Origin: Actinomycetota bacterium | Lineage (GTDB): Bacteria; Actinomycetota; Actinomycetes; Nanopelagicales; Nanopelagicaceae | DNA: 40,933 bases | Assembly: GCA_016195215.1 (NCBI GenBank) | Contig: JACPZY010000092.1 | Coordinates: 1 to 40,933, forward strand | Reading direction: 5' to 3' | In this document: in pieces, positions 8,216 through 16,379 of the stretch | Numbering within the stretch: the first letter of the stretch is position 1 | Layout: each line of letters starts with the position of its first letter | Translations under genes and position numbers: made by a program | The notes under the pieces: model-generated | What the model was told of the DNA's origin: nothing | Database searches by the model: none | What the model saw: only the letters and a program-made list of their open reading frames with translations

Positions 8216-9984
8216 AGGAGAGTTACGCCGACCAGTTCTGCGACTGGTTGATCGATCAGGGGTATAGCCACTGCTTTTTCGTCGCAGGTGGCAACATCAT
8301 GCACCTTCTTAATTCGGCTAGAACCCGTTTTACCTGCATCCCTGTGGTACATGAGGTGGCAGCGGGAATCGCTGTCGAGTACTTCAACGAGACCTCCCCT
8401 GATTCCAGAGCATTTGCACTTGTGACGGCAGGCCCAGGTGTCACGAATATTGTCACGGCCATTGCCGGGGCGTGGTTGGAGAGCCGCGAACTTCTGGTGG
8501 TCGCTGGACAGGTGAAGAGCTCAGATTTAGCATCACCAGATTTGCGCCAGCGTGGAATACAAGAGGTGGATGGTGTTGCTCTTGTTCAATCGATTACAAA
8601 AAGAACTCTTCAGATTGAGCGACCACTGCCAGAATCAACGATTCTAGAAATCTGCAAGACGAGTAAGGAAGGTCGCCCTGGTCCTGTCTTCATTGAGTTC
8701 TGTCTCGATGCTCAAGGTGCTCCTTCAGAGATCTCACTCAATGACGGCGCGAAAGTGTCGAGCGCCATTCGATTGAAGCCCACATCCGATGAAGTCGGAA
8801 AGTTGAATGCGGCATTGTCGAACTGTGAGAGACCTATCTTGCTAATCGGTGGCGGGTTGGCTCGGGCAGAGATGGCGACACTGCTTCCCGATCTTGAGTC
8901 ACTCGGTCTGCCCATCATGACGACGTGGAACGCGCTGGATCGTATTGACGCGTCCCATCCGCTCTATTGGGGTCGGCCAAATACGTGGGGCCAACGCAGG
9001 GCAAATGTCCTTATACAACAGTCCGATCTGATCATCGCCGTGGGCACACGACTGGGGCTCCAGCAGACTGGATTTAATTGGCAGGGCTTTGCTCCACTGG
9101 CAACAATTGTTCAGGTGGATATTGATCCGTCAGAACTGAGAAAAGGACACCCGAGAGTGGACTTGGCGATCTGTGCAGATGCGAGCGAGGTTTTAGGTGG
9201 AATCAATATTGAAGATGATAGTTCTCGTTGGAGTGAATGGAAGACTTTCGGGAGGAAAGTCAGAGAACTACTTCCGAATAATGAGCGCGCAAACTCGCAT
9301 AAATCCGGATACCTCAATCCTTACGACTTTGTAGAAGAACTTTCCCAGGTGCTAGATGGGGATGATCTCCTCATCCCGTGCAGTAGCGGCGGGGCATTCA
9401 CGACCATCATGCAGGCTTTTGAGCAGAAATATGGACAGAAGGTGGTGACGGATAAAGGGCTTGCAAGTATGGGTTATGGATTATCTGGCTCGATAGGTGC
9501 TTCCTATGCGAATCCCGGGAAGAGAGTGATACTCATCGAAGGTGATGGTGGATTTGCACAGCATATTCAGGAGATCGGAACTGTCGTCGCGGGCCATCTG
9601 CCGATAAAGATCTTCATCTACGAGAACGAGGGATATGCGTCCATTCGGATGACTCAAACCAATTATTTTGGGGGCGAGTATGTCGGTTGTGATCGATCAA
9701 CGGGGTTAGGGCTTCCCAACTGGGAGAGTCTTTTTACATCCTACGGAATCAGAACACTCTCGCTGGATCCCTCCGATCCATTCTCCGATTCAGTACTTCA
9801 ATCCTTGAAGAGTGATGAGCCAATTGCATTTATTGTTCCCATTGATCCAGAGCAGAGTTATTTTCCAAAGATCACGAGTCGCGTCCTGGAAAATGGCAGT
9901 ATGGAATCGAACCCGCTACATCTCATGAGCCCCGAACTTCCAGCGGATGTGACCAAAGAGGTATTTAGGTACCTAAATGCATAG
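8212..9984 (+). CDS. Second ThDP-dependent acetolactate-synthase-like enzyme
   Basis: 590 aa with HEVAAGIAVEY (catalytic Glu), TAGPGVTNIV and the C-terminal motif IEGDGGFAQH...IYENEGYASIRM. It has a 4-nt ATGA overlap with the upstream gene. Confidence 0.8.
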   Translation: MKESYADQFCDWLIDQGYSHCFFVAGGNIMHLLNSARTRFTCIPVVHEVAAGIAVEYFNETSPDSRAFALVTAGPGVTNIVTAIAGAWLESRELLVVAGQVKSSDLASPDLRQRGIQEVDGVALVQSITKRTLQIERPLPESTILEICKTSKEGRPGPVFIEFCLDAQGAPSEISLNDGAKVSSAIRLKPTSDEVGKLNAALSNCERPILLIGGGLARAEMATLLPDLESLGLPIMTTWNALDRIDASHPLYWGRPNTWGQRRANVLIQQSDLIIAVGTRLGLQQTGFNWQGFAPLATIVQVDIDPSELRKGHPRVDLAICADASEVLGGINIEDDSSRWSEWKTFGRKVRELLPNNERANSHKSGYLNPYDFVEELSQVLDGDDLLIPCSSGGAFTTIMQAFEQKYGQKVVTDKGLASMGYGLSGSIGASYANPGKRVILIEGDGGFAQHIQEIGTVVAGHLPIKIFIYENEGYASIRMTQTNYFGGEYVGCDRSTGLGLPNWESLFTSYGIRTLSLDPSDPFSDSVLQSLKSDEPIAFIVPIDPEQSYFPKITSRVLENGSMESNPLHLMSPELPADVTKEVFRYLNA

Positions 9985-10032
9985 AGGTATAGTTCCTTGA
10001 TGCCCACCTATTGAGGCCGAGTTGGAGTGTTG

Positions 10033-10833
10033 ATGAACCGCACAGAGCGCAAAATGGTAGAGATCCTTGAAAAGGGAAAAGAGTCGCATGGGGTCGTCAG
10101 CGTCAAGGCAGAATTTGAAGCCGAGGGCACGCGGCCCGATGAGCTTCTCCGCTTAGTCGATGTTGCGCGCTCGGCCGGACTCCCCCTCACCCTGAAAATC
10201 GGCGGGTGCGAAGCGATACGCGATCTCCTAGAAGCCAAGCAGATAGGGGTGAAGTACATCGTCGCTCCGATGATCGAAACTCCATACGCCTTGAGCAAGT
10301 ACATCCACGCCCGCGACACGGTCTACTCACCCGACGAACAAGAGGGCATGCACTTCCTCTTTAACATGGAGACGATTACCGCCTATCACCACCGCGTGGA
10401 GATGGCGGAGATGGCAAAGGGCGCGCTCTCTGGTTTTGTATTTGGTCGCGTTGACTTCTCGGGCTCGATGGGGCTGGGACGCGAGGCAATAGAGACCGAT
10501 GAAGTGACGGATAAAGTGATTGAGGTATCCAAGCTCTGCGCGAGTACCGGGCTTGAACTAGTGATGGGTGGCGCAATTTCCATCGATGCCCTTGCAAACC
10601 TCAAACGAGTTCACGCGACTGGGCTCACCCGTTTTGAGACACGTAAGGTCGTCTTTGCAGGAGCATCGGCGGTCTCAGAAGGTATTGAAGATGGACTTCT
10701 CAACGCGGTCCACTTTGAACTGCTCTGGCTACTGAATAAGCGCGACTACTACAGCAACATCACGGAAGAGGATCACCATCGAATCGACATGCTGGAATCG
10801 CGCTGGCAGGTTCTAGGAAAGAGCGTTCTCTAA
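10033..10833 (+). CDS. HpcH/HpaI-aldolase / citrate-lyase-like protein (PEP/pyruvate-binding TIM-barrel superfamily)
   Basis: [11 protein letters not shown] and [14 protein letters not shown] resemble the MIE.P and G.ND motifs of this superfamily. ATG at 10033 lies 5 nt after GGAG; the ORF-track start is GTG at 10027. The family assignment rests on motifs only. Confidence 0.55.
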   Translation: MNRTERKMVEILEKGKESHGVVSVKAEFEAEGTRPDELLRLVDVARSAGLPLTLKIGGCEAIRDLLEAKQIGVKYIVAPMIETPYALSKYIHARDTVYSPDEQEGMHFLFNMETITAYHHRVEMAEMAKGALSGFVFGRVDFSGSMGLGREAIETDEVTDKVIEVSKLCASTGLELVMGGAISIDALANLKRVHATGLTRFETRKVVFAGASAVSEGIEDGLLNAVHFELLWLLNKRDYYSNITEEDHHRIDMLESRWQVLGKSVL

Positions 10834-10837
10834 ACCA

Positions 10838-11788
10838 ATGGCACTTGCCAAGATCTCCACGTTATTGCGGAAGGAATCCATCCCCCTTAAGCGGGTCCTG
10901 ATCACTGGGGCCTCGGGTTGGATAGGGCGAGAGACGATTGCGCTACTACAAGAAGTACTCGGCGATCAATTTGCGCATCGTGTGACTCTGGCCGGCTCGC
11001 GGGACTCCACGGTTACGATTGAGGGAGTCACGCACCATGTGCGGAAACTCTTTGACATCAACTCAGCGGAACACTTTGACACCGTCATCCACCTGGCTTT
11101 TCTTACGCAGGAGAAGGCCCACATCATGGGCGCCGAAGAATTTTCCCGCCTCAATCGGCAGATCTCAGAGCACGTATATCAGCTCTGTCAGCAATCAAAT
11201 GTCAGGCATCTTCTAGTCGGATCGAGTGGTGCCGCCGATCCGAAAATCCTAAAAGCCTTCCAAGATCCCGCGAAGCGAATCTACGGCGATTTGAAGCGCG
11301 AGTCCGAAGAATTGTTCGCGGAGTTACGCAATCACGATCATATCAAGGTGGAAATCTGTCGAATATGGTCGATCTCGGGAAGCAATTTTCTCACTCCCTC
11401 CAAATATGCCCTCGGCAATTTTATTGAGCAGGCAAAATCAACCGGTAATATCCATCTGGCAAACCCAGCATCGGTCAGGCGTGCATACATAGATGCTGGC
11501 GAAATGATCGGTGTTCTCCTGCTGGACCTTCTCAAAGGGAACGGGAAACTCATCAGCTCGGGGGGCTTTGAAACCTCGCTACAGGAGCTGGCCAGACTTG
11601 TACTTGACGAGTTCAATCCAAGCGGGCGAGTCATCCTCCCAATGCAGACAAATGAGCACCAGGATGATATTTACAGTCCCGATGTAGAACCATTTAATCG
11701 GCTTGCGAAAAATTTTGGGGTGAAATTAAGTAATCTGGAGGAACAGATAAGAATTACCGCCACTTCCAGTATCTTCGCTGCCAAGTGA
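10838..11788 (+). CDS. NAD-dependent epimerase/dehydratase-family (extended SDR) protein
   Basis: VLITGASGWIGRE Rossmann motif, a YGDLK catalytic Tyr/Lys pair, 316 aa. It is the last gene of the plus-strand sugar operon. Confidence 0.7.
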   Translation: MALAKISTLLRKESIPLKRVLITGASGWIGRETIALLQEVLGDQFAHRVTLAGSRDSTVTIEGVTHHVRKLFDINSAEHFDTVIHLAFLTQEKAHIMGAEEFSRLNRQISEHVYQLCQQSNVRHLLVGSSGAADPKILKAFQDPAKRIYGDLKRESEELFAELRNHDHIKVEICRIWSISGSNFLTPSKYALGNFIEQAKSTGNIHLANPASVRRAYIDAGEMIGVLLLDLLKGNGKLISSGGFETSLQELARLVLDEFNPSGRVILPMQTNEHQDDIYSPDVEPFNRLAKNFGVKLSNLEEQIRITATSSIFAAK

Positions 11789-11798
11789 GAGGTTTTAT

Positions 11799-12734
11799 TT
11801 AAAAGCCGATTTTCTCACTTACTACAAAATTTGGACGCCCCTTAACTTCCTCATAAACCAGACCGAGGTACTCACTCACAATTCCGAGCATTAATGCCTG
11901 CATACCTAGACCAAAAAGTATGAGCGCGATAATCGAGCCAAAGCCAGCAAATGGCACTCCGACAAAGAACCAGAGGATCGCTAGCAATACCATCGCCAAG
12001 AGCGAGAGGCTCGAAAGGACCAGACCAAAAGCCGAAATAAAACGGAGCGGCTTATAAGAGTGTGCAAATATTCCCTTGAGTGCTAATTCGACAACTTTCA
12101 TTGAACTGGCGTTGGATACACCCGCAAATCTTGGTGGGCGATTCATCGGCACTCCCACTGAATTAAATCCAACCCAGGCAAAAAGTCCACGGACAAAGCG
12201 ATTTCGCTCAGTCATCCCCCGAACTGTCTCATAAACCTTCCGATCGACAAGGCGGAAATCGGAGGCATTCGCTGGGATCCCCCCATCAGAGAGACTGCCC
12301 GCTATCTTGTAGAAGAGTCGAGAATTGAAACGGCGGAGGAAGCTGCTGCCCTGACGCTCTTGAACTAAACCATAAATATTCTCATACCCTTCTTCCCACT
12401 TTCGCAGGAATGCCGGGATCAACTCTGGTGGATCCTGGAGGTCGGCCGTCATCAGCACGCAAGCGTCACTATCGACAAACTCGAGACCAGCCGTAATCCC
12501 GCCGTCCATACGGAAGTTCCTGGAAAGTTTCAGGATTTTAAACTGAGAGTTCTTCTCTGAAATTGCCTTCAACTTCTCCCACGTATGGTCGGTAGAACCA
12601 TTCTCGACGATGAGCGCCGACCACTCATACGCTGCTTCGCTATCGAATACGGCTTTTAAACGGGAAGTGAGTTCATCCACACACGCTTCCTCATTGTAAG
12701 CAGGAATGACGATCGCGACTGATTTCATTATCAA
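11799..12734 (-). CDS. GT2 polyprenyl-phosphate glycosyltransferase (GtrB/ArnC/Dpm1-like)
   Basis: VAIVIPAYNEE, VENGSTDHT and TADLQDPPELIP motifs, plus two C-terminal hydrophobic helices. This is the architecture of lipid-carrier-charging GT2 enzymes. Confidence 0.8.
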   Translation of the reverse strand: MIMKSVAIVIPAYNEEACVDELTSRLKAVFDSEAAYEWSALIVENGSTDHTWEKLKAISEKNSQFKILKLSRNFRMDGGITAGLEFVDSDACVLMTADLQDPPELIPAFLRKWEEGYENIYGLVQERQGSSFLRRFNSRLFYKIAGSLSDGGIPANASDFRLVDRKVYETVRGMTERNRFVRGLFAWVGFNSVGVPMNRPPRFAGVSNASSMKVVELALKGIFAHSYKPLRFISAFGLVLSSLSLLAMVLLAILWFFVGVPFAGFGSIIALILFGLGMQALMLGIVSEYLGLVYEEVKGRPNFVVSEKIGF

Positions 12735-12783
12735 ATATTAGGTTGATCGATCTCGTAAGTCCACCCTAAGAGCGCATCGCACT

Positions 12784-14088
12784 TCAACTACTTGCTACGA
12801 CTCTCAAATTCTCTTTTCTTCTTACCCGTCCGATAACACTCTTTACCGTGCAGATAAGTGCTAAGAGCAACCAGATGAGACTCGAGATTGTCCTCATTGC
12901 ATTCTCGCGTCCGCTTGAAACGGGAATCACGATCGGCAGAAGAGTGGTCAAAATGGCAATTGTTGCGACCGAATACACAGAATCGAAAGTGGCGCTGCCA
13001 CCTTTTGCCAAAGCTTTTTTGGAAGTTCCCAGGGAGAGCGCAATTGGGACTATAAGGAAGGCAGTTGCGTAATGCAGGCTCAGCGGGGCTACCAACCATA
13101 ATGTGGAGACGAGCAACAAGATTGCAATCTCATCTGGGAGGACTCTGGCTACTACTACGAAGAGGATGAGTATGAAGTAGAAAATCCCAATCCACCAAGC
13201 ATGTGACAGTAAAAACTGATACTCAGCATTTAAAGAGGGAAATCTCGAAAGTGTATGAGTGAAGGCGCTATAGAGAGAGACATTGCTGGGGTTTATTTCC
13301 GTAGGCATCGTGCCTCGATATCCAAGAATCCCACGAGCAATTGCATTGATTTTTTCAACGTAACCTCCCTGAAAGAGAGTTGCCACTATGAATGAGGCGC
13401 CCAGACTTAAGAGGATTGCCTCTGTCGCGGCCATGAACTTTCTCCGCGGAATGTATGCAAGTACAAGGAGAATCGGGTACACCTTGAAGGCAATAAGTAA
13501 GGCCAGCAGGATTGAAGACTTACCCCACTTTTCCTCTTTTAGCGCCCGAAAGAAAAGGTAGAGGGGTGTCACGAGGAGCCCCACAGAATTTCCTCTATCG
13601 AGGGCTGCAATAAAGCCGACAGAGAGAGCAATGGGAACGAGAAGAGTTCCGTACTTGCCAAAAAGATTCTTCCGCTTCAATTCTGCATATACGGGGTAGA
13701 GCATCGAGCCCATAGAGAGGAGGAGAAAGAGAATAAGTCCAGGTTTGTATGGCAAGAAAGAGAAGACCCAAAATAGGCCCATGGCTACAGGTGGGTAGTT
13801 ATTCGATACTGAGATGGTATTTATCCACGGATTACCGGCCCTGGCATAATCATGAGTCAGTAGGTAGTCCCCAAAAGTGTGCACGCCAAAATATCTGTCG
13901 CCAACTACAACATTAACAACATACCGTGGAGGCTCATTCGAGTAGTAAGAAATAAGCGCATGGATATCGTAATTGTAATATCCGCCTAGAACCCAAGCCA
14001 GGATCGCCGAGAGAACCAACCCCGACATTAGAAGTGGCAGTATCCCAATTCTGACCCGCCCACCAACTCGAATCCCAAAATTGTTCAT
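12784..14088 (-). CDS. Polytopic GT-C glycosyltransferase, DUF2029/GT87-like
   Basis: 434 aa with many hydrophobic segments. The first extracytoplasmic loop, FGDYLLTHDYARAGNPW...NNYPPVA, resembles polyprenyl-phosphate-sugar-dependent GT87 enzymes. Confidence 0.65.
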   Translation of the reverse strand: MNNFGIRVGGRVRIGILPLLMSGLVLSAILAWVLGGYYNYDIHALISYYSNEPPRYVVNVVVGDRYFGVHTFGDYLLTHDYARAGNPWINTISVSNNYPPVAMGLFWVFSFLPYKPGLILFLLLSMGSMLYPVYAELKRKNLFGKYGTLLVPIALSVGFIAALDRGNSVGLLVTPLYLFFRALKEEKWGKSSILLALLIAFKVYPILLVLAYIPRRKFMAATEAILLSLGASFIVATLFQGGYVEKINAIARGILGYRGTMPTEINPSNVSLYSAFTHTLSRFPSLNAEYQFLLSHAWWIGIFYFILILFVVVARVLPDEIAILLLVSTLWLVAPLSLHYATAFLIVPIALSLGTSKKALAKGGSATFDSVYSVATIAILTTLLPIVIPVSSGRENAMRTISSLIWLLLALICTVKSVIGRVRRKENLRVVASS

Positions 14089-14154
14089 AAGCAGAGAATA
14101 GAGGGTGAAATACTTAACCTACTAGCTCCCCAGCGTGGTTGAACCGAACTATCA

Positions 14155-14799
14155 CTAATCTAAGCGAATTACTCCATTTGGAGTTTCTAGATGCACGGCA
14201 ATGATTCCGTTATTTCCATCTGAATCAGCGGGCTCGCTCCACTCAACTTCAATCTCGCCGATTGCGGTCGATAGATCAGTCCCGAGGTAATTAGTGATTG
14301 TCTTCTCATCGCCAGCGATTTCAAATTTCAGGATCTCTGCCTGAGCCTTTCCGTCGGTCGATGGATGCTCGGCCGATAACCACTGAATAAAAAATGGAAG
14401 TTGCGAATCCTCCAATGTGTCGAGGACGCCAATCTGCCTCCAACGAAGATCTGTCCCATCTGGCTTTCTCCTGTGGCCTTCAACTGCAGTGCGACCGAGG
14501 CGGGATTCAATCTGCGAAAGATCTTCAACTGAGACGACCCATGTCAGCCAACCGCCGCCTTCGTTGGCGCGCTTTGAAACCGCTTTTCCAAATGGAGAAG
14601 CATCAGTTGCCGGATGATCAAGTGGACAGACAACTTCTATGTAATGTCCACCGGATAATGGCAATGTGAAATTGCGCGTGCCAAAACGCGGGTGGACTCC
14701 ACCGTCAACAAAAGCGGTACCAAGTCGTGAACCGAGACGTTGTACTGTGTCAGCGAGTTGGTCGTGGGAGGTCACATAGGAAACGTGGTCTAGGTGCAT
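14155..14799 (-). CDS. VOC / glyoxalase-like domain protein
   Basis: 214 aa. MHLDHVSYVT...HPRFGTRNF...GHYIEVV is typical of glyoxalase-like domain proteins. Function unknown. Confidence 0.55.
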   Translation of the reverse strand: MHLDHVSYVTSHDQLADTVQRLGSRLGTAFVDGGVHPRFGTRNFTLPLSGGHYIEVVCPLDHPATDASPFGKAVSKRANEGGGWLTWVVSVEDLSQIESRLGRTAVEGHRRKPDGTDLRWRQIGVLDTLEDSQLPFFIQWLSAEHPSTDGKAQAEILKFEIAGDEKTITNYLGTDLSTAIGEIEVEWSEPADSDGNNGIIAVHLETPNGVIRLD

Positions 14800-14846
14800 A
14801 AGTAATATCCTGCCCTATAAAAAGGGATGCTAATTACCATCTCTGG

Positions 14847-16358
14847 CTAGGCGGGCGATTTGCATGTCAGCTCCGAGGTTGGCAAAATGCCCGTGAGGAA
14901 GTAGTTGTCGACCGCTGAATCCACACAGGTTGAACCTTGCCCGTAACCGGTATGTCCGTCCGCTTCGAAGGAGATGAGGCGCGAATTCTGAAAAATGTTA
15001 TGTAAGTCTTGCGCCCAAATATAAGGCGTTGCAGGATCTCGGGTTGTACCGATGATGATGATCGGCGTAGTGACTATCTCTCTGATCGCATCTGGAGAAG
15101 TTGCCGGCAGGAATTGACAAGAAAGTCCACTGTAGGCGAGGTAAGGACCGAAAACCGGGGCCTTCTCTACAAATTCTGGGGCACGCACTTTAATGGATGC
15201 AGTCGAGCGCGCACCCCGCCAATCAAGACAGTCAATGACAAAGGCTGCGTCGGTTTCATTAGTTGAGTAGGTGCCATCGCTCCGGCGTCGCGAATAATCA
15301 TCGGCAAGCGCAAGAAGTGTTGTGCCGTTTCCAGTTCTTGCCTCGCGCAGGCCAGCTCGCAACCGTGGCCATCCAGAGGATGGGTCATAGAGCGCCGAAG
15401 CGGTACCGAGAACGATGAGGGACTCTGTTACCGCACGACCACTTGAACTTTTAAGAGGTGATGTGGCTGAACTATTGAAGAGAGCGATTATCTCTCCGCG
15501 TCCTTTATCAAGTGGTTGCTGAAGCGGGCAATCTTTCTTAAGGAAACAGTCAGATATAAAAGCATCGAGGGCGGTATCAAATCCAATTGCCTGTGCCAGA
15601 TTCTCCGCTTCACTATCGAGGTTTGGGTTTACGGCCCCATCAAGGACCATCCGGCCAACATTCTGGGGAAAGAGTTGGGCGTACAAAGTTCCCAGGTAGG
15701 TTCCATAGCTGACGCCTAAGAAGTTTAGTTTTTTCTCTTTGAGCGTGGCACGGAGTATGTCCATATCCTTTGCTGAATCCAATGTCGCGTAGTTTGCGAG
15801 GTTCTTTGTTCGCGACTCACACTTTTTGGCATATTCATCTACTTGTTGGATAAGAAGATCTAGTTCTTTCTCACTATCGGGCTTGCTATCAGCAGCATAG
15901 CTCGCATCAGTCTCTTTATCGGTGAGGCATTTAATGGGGGCACTCTCTCCAACTCCCCGCGGATCAAAGCCGATAATGTCGTATTTTTGCAGTAAATTAG
16001 CGCTAAATATGTACTGCGCGTTGTAGGCGTACTCGACACCAGATGCGCCTGGACCGCCAGGATTAATAACGAGAGTCCCAATTCGGTCCTTCTGCTCCAG
16101 AGCTTTATAGCGCAATAATCGAAGTTTAAATCTTCCTAGAGATAGATTCTTATAGTCGATTGGCACTTGCAGGTAGGAACAATCAAAATTCTCATAGCAT
16201 GCGGACCAACTCAGTCTCTGACTCTGATATTCCGCGAGTGAGCGCGGGAGACCTTCGATTCTCTGAACGGAGAAGGTTCCCATGAGGATGAGAACGATAA
16301 TTGCCAGAATAGAAGTCTTTCTTCTTCGCTTGGAGATAATTGGACCTGGACGCTTCAT
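14847..16358 (-). CDS. Secreted alpha/beta hydrolase, tripeptidyl-aminopeptidase (TAP)-like
   Basis: N-terminal signal anchor (KRRRKTSILAIIVLILMG), NPGGPGASG, GFDPRGVGES and the nucleophile elbow GVSYGT. The C-terminal region is TAP-like (DPATPY). Confidence 0.75.
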   Translation of the reverse strand: MKRPGPIISKRRRKTSILAIIVLILMGTFSVQRIEGLPRSLAEYQSQRLSWSACYENFDCSYLQVPIDYKNLSLGRFKLRLLRYKALEQKDRIGTLVINPGGPGASGVEYAYNAQYIFSANLLQKYDIIGFDPRGVGESAPIKCLTDKETDASYAADSKPDSEKELDLLIQQVDEYAKKCESRTKNLANYATLDSAKDMDILRATLKEKKLNFLGVSYGTYLGTLYAQLFPQNVGRMVLDGAVNPNLDSEAENLAQAIGFDTALDAFISDCFLKKDCPLQQPLDKGRGEIIALFNSSATSPLKSSSGRAVTESLIVLGTASALYDPSSGWPRLRAGLREARTGNGTTLLALADDYSRRRSDGTYSTNETDAAFVIDCLDWRGARSTASIKVRAPEFVEKAPVFGPYLAYSGLSCQFLPATSPDAIREIVTTPIIIIGTTRDPATPYIWAQDLHNIFQNSRLISFEADGHTGYGQGSTCVDSAVDNYFLTGILPTSELTCKSPA

Positions 16359-16379
16359 CTTATGTGAGTCATTGCAGCG

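Noticed and set aside
10033-10833. The TIM-barrel protein might be PEP mutase, making the ThDP enzyme a phosphonopyruvate decarboxylase in a phosphonate pathway.
   Set aside because: I could not see the PEP-mutase-type EDK/NS-like signature. Both ThDP proteins are full-length ALS-like (about 570-590 aa) rather than the shorter phosphonopyruvate decarboxylase type. This cannot be excluded without an HMM search.
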